From: Polyangiales bacterium
Lineage (GTDB): Bacteria; Myxococcota_A; Polyangia; Polyangiales; Ga0077539
Length of the DNA stretch: 64,000 nucleotides
Assembly (NCBI GenBank): GCA_046351535.1
Contig: JAXLYG010000023.1
Span: forward strand, 1 to 64,000
Direction: 5' to 3'
A program made the position numbers and the translations under genes. The notes under the pieces were generated by a model. That model had not been told where the DNA came from. It was given only the letters and a program-made list of their open reading frames with translations, and did not search any database. Below, piece after piece: positions 27,316 through 36,168 of the stretch (positions are counted from its first letter, which is position 1; each line of letters begins with the position of its first letter).

Positions 27316-28740
27316 TCATGCGCCCCTCGTCCCGTCGACCTCGAGCATCATGAAGAGTCGTTCGACGTCGGGCGTCGCCACGAGGAGGGCCTCGACCTCG
27401 CCGTCGTGAAGGGCGCCGCCGTCGTACGCGCGCACCGTCACCCGACCGCCCTCGCGCGACACGGCGACGCGCACGGCGCCGGTGGTCGTCCACTGCGCGC
27501 GGTGGGCGAACGGACGCTCGTGCGGCCCCGGCGCGTCGTCGGGCAGCGCGGGCCGCGTCGCGCCCTCGGGCGGCTCGGTCAACGGCGGAACCGAGGGCGT
27601 GACCGCGAGCACGAGGCCCTCGAGCTTGTGCTCCTCCGTCGACCTGTCTTCGACGCGCGGGGGCTCCGGCGCAGACACCGGCGGCGCTTCCTTCGCGTGC
27701 GGAACCGTGAGCGGTCGCGGCGGCGTGGCGGTCCGCGGCATTGCGAGCGGCGTGAGGAACTTTCGATCGAAGCGGGGTCGATCGATGACCTCGTCGCGAG
27801 GCTCCTCCGCGCGCTTCTCGGCCGCGTCGTGCGCGGCCATCACGTCGATCTTCGAGGGCGCGTCGGAGGGCACCGTCACGCGCGTCGAGGCGTCTTCGAC
27901 CGCGAGCCTCGCAGCCTCGGCCACCAGCGCCTCCGACGGGCTCGCGGGAGCCTCGGTAGGCACCCTGGGCGCGGGCCTCGACGAGTCGTCGCTCCGCGTG
28001 CTTCGAAGCGGCGGCCTCGCCGTCGCGGTTCGCAGCCCGGCAGGCGGACGACTCGAACGGTTTCGTCCCGTGATCGGCCGCGGCGGCGCGGTGCGCGGAA
28101 CCGGCGGCGGCAGCGGAACGGACAGACGCTTCGCGGGCGCCTCGTCGACAGGCGCGGCGGCGACGGGCTCGGGCTCTCGGAGCTCTCGCGGCGCGGGCGC
28201 GGCGCTCGTCGCAACAGGCTTCACCGAAGCCGTTTCCTGTGACGCCGCGACGGGCGGAGGGTCCGACGTGACGGGCGGAGGCGCGGGGTTCGCGACGGGC
28301 GGAGGCGTGGGGCTCGCGACGAGCGGAGGCGCGGGGCTCGCGACGGGCGGAGGCGCGGGGCTCGCGACGGGTGGCGTCACGCTCGCGACCGGCGGAGGCG
28401 CGGGACTCACGACGGGCGCGGGCGCGTGAACAACGGGCGGAGGCACGGTCCCCGCGTTGGGCGAGGGCAGCGCGGTGACCGTCGCGGGCGGCGCCGCCGT
28501 CGAGGTCGCAGAGGGCTTCGCGCTCGGCGCGGGTGGCACCAGCGAGGCGATCGCGGCGGCGGACTTCGAGAGCTCCAGACCGCGCTCGTCGAGGCCCGCT
28601 TCGAAGGCCTCGTCGACGGCCTTCCGCAGCCATTTCATCGCCTCGGCCTGCTCTCCGCGGGACCACATCGAGGCGCCCACCTCGAGCGCGGTCACCACCG
28701 AGTCGGGATCAGCTTCGAGCGGTTCGGGATAGTCAGCCAT
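27316..28740 (-). CDS. proline-rich repeat protein (474 aa)
   Basis: Globular N-terminal region (MADYPEPLEADPDSVVTALEVGASMWSRGEQAEAMKWLRKAVDEAFEAGL). Long Pro/Ala-rich region with tandem PAPPPVAS octapeptides. Globular C-terminal ~70 aa (AQWTTTGAVRVAVSREGGRVTVRAYDGG...). Upstream of and co-directional with the second kinase. Confidence 0.65.
   Translation of the reverse strand: MADYPEPLEADPDSVVTALEVGASMWSRGEQAEAMKWLRKAVDEAFEAGLDERGLELSKSAAAIASLVPPAPSAKPSATSTAAPPATVTALPSPNAGTVPPPVVHAPAPVVSPAPPPVASVTPPVASPAPPPVASPAPPLVASPTPPPVANPAPPPVTSDPPPVAASQETASVKPVATSAAPAPRELREPEPVAAAPVDEAPAKRLSVPLPPPVPRTAPPRPITGRNRSSRPPAGLRTATARPPLRSTRSDDSSRPAPRVPTEAPASPSEALVAEAARLAVEDASTRVTVPSDAPSKIDVMAAHDAAEKRAEEPRDEVIDRPRFDRKFLTPLAMPRTATPPRPLTVPHAKEAPPVSAPEPPRVEDRSTEEHKLEGLVLAVTPSVPPLTEPPEGATRPALPDDAPGPHERPFAHRAQWTTTGAVRVAVSREGGRVTVRAYDGGALHDGEVEALLVATPDVERLFMMLEVDGTRGA
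28250..28430. repeat. 24-bp tandem repeat (~7 units) encoding PAPPPVAS octapeptide repeats
   Basis: Repeating unit gcgacgggcggaggcgcggggctc with point variants, read directly in the sequence. It lies in-frame inside CDS 27316..28740. Confidence 0.8.
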
Positions 28741-28851
28741 GGCAGTGCTTCAAACGGTACTCTCGCGGCGTCCGTCGACGCACCTTCTCGGCGTCTTTCT
28801 GCGCCGCGCGCGTTGACAACGCTCGCGCGCGTCCGCGACACACATCCCTCG

Positions 28852-29169
28852 ATGCGCGAAGCCTCCATAAAACGCGGCCCCCGCTACGCCACCGCAGCCG
28901 CCGCGCTCGTCGCGCTCGCGCCGACGGTCTACCTCGTCGTGCGCGGCATCGCCCATCGACGCGCGCCCGAACCCGACCCCACCGTGATGCTCTGGACCGA
29001 GCGCTCGACGCTCGTCGGCCGCGTCGCGGTGACGGGCTACGTCGTCTTCGCGCTCGTCGCCCTCGTCGCGCCCTGGCTCGCGCGCCGCCCCGCCGCCGCG
29101 GCGCGAGCCTTCGACGTGAGCGTCGCGGTGAGCCTCGTCGCGGCGCTCGTCGCGGGCTTCGTCCGATGA
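28852..29169 (+). CDS. small membrane protein (105 aa)
   Basis: ATG at 28852 (MREASIKRGPRYATAAAALVALAPTVYLVV...). Two or three hydrophobic helices. The stop overlaps the next ATG (ATGA). Confidence 0.4.
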   Translation: MREASIKRGPRYATAAAALVALAPTVYLVVRGIAHRRAPEPDPTVMLWTERSTLVGRVAVTGYVVFALVALVAPWLARRPAAAARAFDVSVAVSLVAALVAGFVR

Positions 29170-29531
29170 GGGCCACGGCGTGGATCGTCGTGTGCGCCTC
29201 GGCCTCTTCGCTCGCGGCGTCGCTGGGCGGAGCGCGCGTCGGCCCCGCGCGGGCTCGGTGGGCGGCCCTCGCGGTCTCGGTCGCGGGCGTCGCCGCGATC
29301 CTCGCGACGCGGCACGGGTGGGAGTTCGAAGTGCGCCGTCCGCTGTGGCTCCTCGACGCGGCGAAGGGGCGCTGGCTGGAGCGCGGCGTCGAGTGGTCGC
29401 TCTCGTCGCTCGCGCTCCTCGGCGCGGCGGGGCTGCGGGCCTTCGGTGAACCGATGACGGGGCGCGCGTGGTGGGCCTCGTCGGCGCTCGCAGCCGCCGC
29501 GCTCGGGGCGCTGGCGTGGGCCTCGTCGTGA
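29166..29531 (+). CDS. small membrane protein (~121 aa)
   Basis: MRATAWIVVCASASSLAASLGG... with several hydrophobic segments. Translationally coupled to the upstream small ORF. Confidence 0.4.
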   Translation: MRATAWIVVCASASSLAASLGGARVGPARARWAALAVSVAGVAAILATRHGWEFEVRRPLWLLDAAKGRWLERGVEWSLSSLALLGAAGLRAFGEPMTGRAWWASSALAAAALGALAWASS

Positions 29532-29534
29532 CGG

Positions 29535-30551
29535 CTACGACGCTTCGGCGATGGGCTTCGCGGCGGGCGCGACGGCCCTGACCGCGTCGCGGAGCTTCGC
29601 GTAGAGGGCGGGGTTCGACAGGAGGGCCTCGCGGCACTTCTCGCGGCCGTTGCCGACGTGCGCGCCCGCGAAGGTGAGGTGCGAGCCCGAGCGCTCGAGC
29701 ACGCCGCGGTCGACGCCCGCGTCGAGCACCTCGGAGACCGCGTCGATGCCCGCGCCGTAGCGCACGTCGAACTCGGCCTCGCGGAAGGGCGGCGCGAGCT
29801 TGTTCTTCACGACCTTCACGCGCGTGCGGCTGCCCTGCACCTCGTCGCCCGACTTGAGCGCGCCGACGCGGCGCACGTCGAGGCGCATCGAGGCGTAGAA
29901 CTTCAGCGCGTTGCCCCCGGTGGTGGTCTCGGGGTTGCCGAACATCACCCCGATCTTCATGCGGAGCTGGTTGATGAACATCACGCACGCGCCGTTGCGG
30001 TGCGCCGCCGCCGTGAGCTTGCGGAGCGCCTGCGACATGAGCCGCGCCTGGAGGCCCGGGAGCTGGTCGCCCATGTCTCCGTCGAGCTCGGCCTTCGGGA
30101 CGAGCGCCGCCACGGAGTCGACGACGATGAGGTCGACGGCGCCCGAGCGGATGAGCGCGTCGGCGATCTCGAGGGCCTGCTCGCCCGTGTCGGGCTGCGA
30201 GATGAGGAGCTCCGCGAGGTTGACGCCGAGGGCCTTGGCGTACGCGGTGTCGAGCGCGTGCTCGGCGTCGATGAAGGCCGCCACGCCGCCCATGCGCTGC
30301 ACCTCGGCGATCGCGTGGAGGGTGAGCGTGGTCTTGCCCGAGCTCTCGGGGCCGTAGACCTCGACGATGCGCCCGCGGGGGTAGCCTCCGATGCCCAGGG
30401 CGGCGTCGAGGGAGAGCGACCCGCTGGGGATCACGGCCTGCGGCTCGCGCTCGCCCTCGTCGCCGAGGGTCATGATGGTGCCCTTGCCGAACTGCTTCTC
30501 GAGCGCGTTGATGGCCGTGCGAACCGTGCGGAACTTCTCGGTGATGTTCAT
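29535..30551 (-). CDS. recA: recombinase RecA
   Basis: ATG at 30551 ([27 protein letters not shown]). Walker [10 protein letters not shown], then FIDAEHALD and VDSVAAL. Unmistakable RecA. Confidence 0.95.
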   Translation of the reverse strand: MNITEKFRTVRTAINALEKQFGKGTIMTLGDEGEREPQAVIPSGSLSLDAALGIGGYPRGRIVEVYGPESSGKTTLTLHAIAEVQRMGGVAAFIDAEHALDTAYAKALGVNLAELLISQPDTGEQALEIADALIRSGAVDLIVVDSVAALVPKAELDGDMGDQLPGLQARLMSQALRKLTAAAHRNGACVMFINQLRMKIGVMFGNPETTTGGNALKFYASMRLDVRRVGALKSGDEVQGSRTRVKVVKNKLAPPFREAEFDVRYGAGIDAVSEVLDAGVDRGVLERSGSHLTFAGAHVGNGREKCREALLSNPALYAKLRDAVRAVAPAAKPIAEAS

Positions 30552-30649
30552 GGCGTTGGTCTCTCTCTCCGTGAGGTCGGTCACTCGGGCGGCGCCGGTC
30601 TTCGGCGCGCCACTGACGGAGCCTCGGGTGTAGGCGCCGTACCATCGCG

Positions 30650-30664
30650 TGAAACACCTTGTTT
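30650..30664. promoter_or_regulatory. putative SOS (LexA-type) operator palindrome upstream of recA
   Basis: GAAACACCTTGTTTC is a perfect GAAAC-N5-GTTTC inverted repeat ~100 bp upstream of the recA start. It resembles the GAAC-N4-GTTC class of LexA boxes. Confidence 0.3.
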
Positions 30665-30811
30665 CCAGGCACTTCACAAAGCAGGGTAGCGGAAAGGGTG
30701 AGGAGGGTGGCGAGGGTGGCGGGCCCGCCACCCCGGGCGCGCGAAGACGGTTCGTGCGCGCCCGCGGAGGCGGAGGTGGTGTATAGACCTCGCTCGACGC
30801 AAATGGCCGAA

Positions 30812-32190
30812 ACGAAGTCGGATCCTCATCGTCGACGACGAGGCGAACGCGCGCGCGGCGCTCTCAGGAGATCCTCGTGAGAGGAGGCTACGGACGCCGA
30901 GACCGCCGCCGATGGCTTCAAGGCGCTCGGCAAGATCGGGTCGTTCTCGCCCGATCTCATCCTCCTGGACCTCAAGATGCCTGGCCCTCGACGGGATCGA
31001 ATGCTTGAAGGCCCGCGCGGCGTCGCCCACCACCGTGGTCGTGGTGATGACCGCCTTCGGCACCATCGACTCCGCCGTCGAGGCCATCAAGGCCGGCGCC
31101 GAGAACTACCTCACCAAGCCCCTCGACCCGGTGACCCTCGTCGCCGTCGTCGAGCGCGCGATGGAGAAATCGAAGCTCCTCGAAGAGACCGCGCTCCTGC
31201 GGGAAGCGGCTGCGCGGTACAACGCCTTCAGGCGCATCGGCGAGCGTCGATGAAGGCCCTCCTCGACACGGTGGCGCAGGTCGGCGTGAGCCGGTCGAGC
31301 GTGCTCATCGTGGGCGAGTCGGGCACGGGCAAGGAGCTCATCGCCGCGGCCCTCCATCGCTCGTCTCCGCGCGCGCCGCAGCCCTTCGTGCGGCTCAACT
31401 GCGCAGCCCTCGCGGAATCGCTGCTCGAGAGCGGGCTCTTCGGTCACGGCGGCGCCTTCACGGGCGCCATCGGGCGGCGCGAGGGCGCTTCCGTCGAGCC
31501 CGACGGAGGGACGCTCTTTCTCGACGAGGTGAGCGAGATCCCGCTAGCCACGCAGGTGAAGCTCCTGCGCTTTTCTTCAAGGAGCGCGAGTTCGAGCGCG
31601 TCGGCGGCAACGAGACCCTCAAGGTCGACGTGCGCATCCTCGCAGCCACAACGCATCGACCTCGAGCGCGCGTCCATCGCCGATCGTTCCGCGGAGCCTC
31701 TTCCTCCGCCTCAACGTCATCCGTCTGGAGATTCCCTCGCTGCGTCAGCGGCGGAGCGACATCCGCTGCTCGCGGGCTTCTTTCCTCAAGCGCTACAGCC
31801 AGGAGAACGCTTGCCGACCTCGCCGACCTGCCGAAGACGCCCTCCAGCGGCTGATGGTGGCCGGGCAACGTGCGCGAGCTCGAAAACGCGCACCATCGAG
31901 CGCGGCGTGGTGCTCGCCCGCGCGAACTACGTCGAGGCCGACAACCTCCCGCCGGCCCTCGCCCCCTCGCCCTCGCAGCGAGGCGCCGCGACGCGGTGAC
32001 GCCTGTGCCGGGAGCACCATCACGAGACCTCGAACGCCACGCCATTCTCGAGACGCTCAAGGCCATGAGCGGGAGCACTTCAGAAGCCGCGCGCATCCTC
32101 GGGATCTCGCCGCGCAAGATCCGGGTACAAGCTCGAGTACCCGGGAGAGCGGGCGGATCGACGGCCCCACAGCCGCCGGACGACCGGTGA
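30812..32190 (+). pseudogene. sigma-54-dependent Fis-family response regulator (NtrC-like), disrupted by multiple frameshifts
   Basis: REC, AAA+ sigma-54 activator and HTH segments are all present but split over all three plus frames (ORFs 30659..30880, 30912..31253, 30977..31999, 31630..31854, 31870..32190). Recognisable pieces include [14 protein letters not shown] / [13 protein letters not shown] / [18 protein letters not shown] / [23 protein letters not shown] / GNVRELEN / EAARILGISPRKIRY. At least ~10 single-base indels are needed to restore one frame, several of them in homopolymer runs. Confidence 0.7.
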
Positions 32191-32638
32191 TGTCTTCAAG
32201 TGAGCGCGCGGGCGCCGCGGTCGGTGTTGCTGAATGCCGGGAACAGGCACGGGCGAGAGCTGCAGGCGCTCGGCGACGCTGCCGAGAAAATTGAGCCGGT
32301 CGAGGCCCCTGCGCGCCTCGCTGGCCGCGACGATCACGTCGCCGCCCTTGTGCACGTACGAGATGAGCTCCTCGGCAGCGCGGCCGCGCACGACGCCGTA
32401 GTCGACGTGGGCGTGGTGGTCGCGCGGCCGGGCGCTGATCTGCTGGAGGCGCTCCTCGATGTGGAGCATGGCGTCGTTGTCGCCGCCGGGCGACGCGCGG
32501 TGGGCCTCGTCCGTGGCCTCGGGGAGCACGTGCACGAGGATGGTGGTGCCGTGCGTGGACTTCGCGAGGTTGATCGCCACGCCGACCGCGCGATCGGTCT
32601 TCGGGGTGAAATCGATGCCGACGATGACTTTCTTGAAC
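32080..32638 (-). CDS. universal stress protein (UspA family)
   Basis: GTG start near 32638 with GGGAGGA SD (VFKKVIVGIDFTPKTDRAVGVAINLAKSTHGTTILVHV...IVAASEARRGLDRLNFLGSVAERL). The ORF continues to 32080, well past the expected Usp C-terminus, and overlaps the 3' end of the sigma-54 pseudogene, so the true stop is uncertain. Confidence 0.7.
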
Positions 32639-32718
32639 ACGTTCGTTCCTCCCGTCGAAGGAATTCCGTTGGGCGGCGGTACTTCCCACAATCGCCCGCC
32701 GTTGGCGATGGTCGAGCG

Positions 32719-32985
32719 TCAGCGCGCTGCGGGATCTTCGGGATCACTCTTCGGGGGCGGCTGAGACGAGGCGCTTGGGGTCGCGCGCTCCGCATCCTCT
32801 CGGAGCTTGTCTGCGGGCGCGCGGCGAAGGTCGCGACCTCGCGGCTCCTCTCCGACAGCCACTTCGCCCTCGCGACCGAGGCGCGCGAGGGCGCCTTCGG
32901 CCTCTTCGAGCGAACGGCTCACCTGCGGCTCGACCTGGCTCGCGACCTTGCGCGCCGCGGCAGAAGTGGGTGGGCCTCGGCTCAT
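32719..32985 (-). CDS. possible small hypothetical protein (88 aa)
   Basis: ATG at 32985. Charged E/R/A-rich sequence with no SD and no family. It could be a spurious ORF. Confidence 0.25.
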   Translation of the reverse strand: MSRGPPTSAAARKVASQVEPQVSRSLEEAEGALARLGREGEVAVGEEPRGRDLRRAPADKLREDAERATPSASSQPPPKSDPEDPAAR

Positions 32986-33480
32986 CGATGCCGTTGCGCT
33001 CGGCCGGGACTTTGGGATCTTCAGGGGTGGTCATCTGCGTGTCTCCGTGTGGCCTCCACGCGAGGCGTGCACGACCTGCTGCACGACGCGGCGAAGGGAC
33101 TGTGAAGGGATTTGTGGCCGTTCGGGAGGTCGAGAGGTTGTAGGTCGCGATGTCGTCGGCGTTGTTCTCCAGGTGCCGACTCGATGAGGGCGCGACGCAC
33201 TGAATCGCCGCGGGGTTGACCCGTCAGCGTGGCTCACGGCGCCGGTGCTGTCGCGCACCGGAACTGCACGCGCGTCGCGGGTGACCGCGAACAGCCCCGC
33301 AGACACTCGAGGAGCCGCGCGCGCGGCGAAGCCGCCCTCGATGGCCTCGGCGTTGAGCCGCGCGGGCGCTTGAAGGCCATCGACGCCGCCCGACGACAGG
33401 CGCCCGAGCCGTTGTTCGCCGTGGCCGTGGCGGTCTGCGTGTCGCCGTTTCTCACGCGCGTCCACGGCGTTTCAGGCTGA

Positions 33481-35261
33481 TCAGGGCGGCGCGGGGTGCG
33501 CGGCGATCTCGTCGAGCACGCGACGCTCTGCGGGGCCTCCCATCGCGCCGACGGCGAGCACGGCCTGTTCGAGCGCGGCGTCGAGCGGGTCTTGTTCGCC
33601 GACGTGGCGATCGTCGATGAGCTCTCCGCCACCCACGGGTGGGAGCATCCCGGTGTCGGCGTGGTAGAGCCGCAGGAAGTCGACGAGGGGCGCGACCGCG
33701 GCGGTGTCACCGAGCTCCCGCAGCGCCGCGACGACCTGGGGCAGATCCGCGGACGGGGTCGCCGGGTCTTGAAGGTGCGCGATGAGCGCGGGAACAGCCC
33801 TGCGCTCATGCGCCGCAGCGACACCGCGCGCGAGGAGCCCCACGGGCGGCACGGCCACGTCGCGGACGTAGTCTTGATGGACCGCCAGCGCTTCGAGCAT
33901 CGCCTCGGCGCCGTTGGTGCGGTGCGTGATCGCCTCGCCCGCAGCGGCGCGGAGCTCCTGCGGATACTGCCGGTGCGTGAGCACGGCGACCAGGGCGTGC
34001 GTGGCCTCGGCCGCGTCGATCTCGATGAGCGTGCGCACGGCGAAGAGCTGCGCGGGCATGAGCCGCGTGTCGGTCCCCCCCGCCGCGAGGAGCAGGTCTT
34101 CGACGAGGGAGCGCGCGGGTTCACCCGCCGCCCCGCCGCTCGGCGCGAAGTCCGCCGGGACGCGGATCACCGCCTGCGCGGTCGGCGTGTTGAGCTCGGC
34201 GCGCCACTGGACTCTCCCCGTGTTCGCGTCGATGAAGCTCGCGTGTCCGCCGTCGTCGATCACCGTGACGCCGCCGCGCGAGACCTCGAGGCCCGCGATG
34301 TCCGCGGGGCTCACGAGCGCCCACTTCACCGCGCTCGACTGCGCGTCGATCGCGAACACGTCACGGTGAAAGACCGAGTACACCGAGTTGTTGAGCAGCG
34401 TCACGCCGGGCGCCACACCGTCGGGTCGCCACGCGAGGCGCACGCGCTCCCTCGCGTCGAGGCCCGCGTTGAGCGTCACGTAGGGGTCGTTCATGAAGGG
34501 CGGATCGCCGGGCAATCCCGGCCGTGAGAACGCGAAGCGCTGCGCGTTGGCCGAGCGTCCGTCGGCGAGCTCGGGCCCGAAGCGATAGAGGGCGCGCGCG
34601 CCGATCCAGACCGTGGGGCCCTCGCGCCGCGCGAAGCCGAAGGTGTCGTCGCGCGAGCGAACGCGCGCGATCTCGTCGCCGCTCGCGGCGTCGAAGACCG
34701 AGAGGTTCTGTCCGTCCCACGGAACGTAGAGGTCTCGCGCGACGAGCACCGGGACACCGAACGCGTGCGACTCGGGGCGCTGCACGATCGAGGACCCCGA
34801 CGCCGCGTCGACCACGAGGAGCGCGCCGCTGCGACGCGTGACGCCCGCGCCGCCGAGGGTGATCGCGACGCGTCCTTCGTCTTGCGACGCGCCCACGAGC
34901 GAGTAGCCGCGGTCGGGCACGCGCCAGTGCTCACGGCCGTCGAAGCCCCACGCGATGATCGAGCCGGGCTCGCGCGCGAGCACGAGGTCGCCCGCGATCA
35001 CGGGGCGTCCGGTGATGGCCGCGCCGACCTGACCGAGCCGAACACCCTCGGGCAGGCTGAACACCGTGAAGCCCCGCGCGGGCGCGGGCGGAACGATCAC
35101 CGCCACGGCGGGTCCCTCGGCGGATCCGTTGCTCGCGCGGGCGACGATGGCCGAGAGATCCGCCGACGAGGAGGGCGCGTAGGCGAGGCCGAAGGCGCCG
35201 TGCGTTCCCGCACTGCACGCGACCAGCGACGCGAGCGCGGCGATGGAGATGAAGCCCCTCA
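33481..35261 (-). CDS. lipoprotein with beta-propeller (PQQ-like) N-region and HEAT/armadillo-like C-region
   Basis: ATG near 35261 (MRGFISIAALASLVACSAG: lipobox LVAC). Repeated W/G-containing beta-blade motifs (WGFDGREHWRV; VKWALVSPAD; VQWRAELNT). C-terminal helical repeats (ALIAHLQDPATPSADLPQVVAALRELGD). ATGA overlap with the upstream gene. Confidence 0.7.
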
Positions 35262-36103
35262 TGACCCGCCTCCCGGCTCTTGAATGCGCTGCGCGTTGGC
35301 GCGCGCGAGGTCGACCCACCGCGCGGGGCGACCGTGGTGATTCGTCGCCGCGCGCAGGAGGAACTCCCTCGCCTCGCCCGTCGCGAGGCTGCCCACGGTG
35401 TTCACCACGCGCTCCTTCACGCTGTCGGGGATGTTGTCGCGCTCCAGCGCGATCTCGAAGGCCTCGGTGAGCGACTGCAGCGGCGCGCGTCGCAGATATC
35501 CGAGGAGCCGCTCGATGTCGTCGGCGCTCGATAGACGCGCGATCGAGTGCGCGCACCCGCGGATGAGCGGCGTGCCCTCGGAGTGGAGCGAGGTGCCGAG
35601 CTCGCGGTCGAGCGCGGTCCAGAGCGATCCGAGGGCGGCGCGATCACCCATGTCTCCCAGGGCCATCGCAGCGTCGCCGCGCACCTCGACGTCGGGGTCT
35701 CCGACGCGGGTCTCGACCGCGCGCGCGAGCGACGAGCCTCCGATGGCCACCGCCGCCGCGATCGCGTGACGACGAAGACCCGGCCTGCGGTGCGAGAGAA
35801 AGCGCTGAACGGCGAGCGCCCCCTCGGGGCGCGCGAGGGCCGCGAGCGCGTGCAGTCCGTAGGCTGCGACGTGGGGCTCGACGCCGTGGAGCAGGGCCGC
35901 GGAGATGTTCCTCGCGGCGGCCGCGGGCTCACCCGCAGCGGCCTGCTGCATGCGCTGCAGGAGCGCGTCGGAGTCGTTCATGTTCCACCACGCGGGCACG
36001 CCGGCGTTGGGCGCGTCGTGCTCGTGGGTGACCTGCTGCGCCGCGGCGACGGGCGCGAACGCCAGCGTCGCCAGGACGATCAACCCGACACATGGGGCCC
36101 GCA
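35259..36103 (-). CDS. secreted HEAT-repeat protein
   Basis: ATG near 36103 (MRAPCVGLIVLATLAFAPVAAAQQ: signal peptide). Repeats of the form GDPDVEVRGDAAMALGDMGDRAALGSL are HEAT/PBS-lyase-like. Confidence 0.65.
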
Positions 36104-36168
36104 TGGGCGCGACGATACACCATCCCGCGGGGGGCGAAACGCCCTTCTGCGCAGGGGTTTGCGCGAGG

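Noticed and set aside
28750-30672. 640-aa minus-strand ORF overlapping recA in another frame; also the 456-aa, 450-aa, 487-aa, 1342-aa (37660..41688) and similar long ORFs
   Set aside because: All overlap strongly supported genes on the same or opposite strand. All have extreme R/P/G/A content (RRRGRR…), the expected consequence of the absence of stop codons in high-GC DNA.
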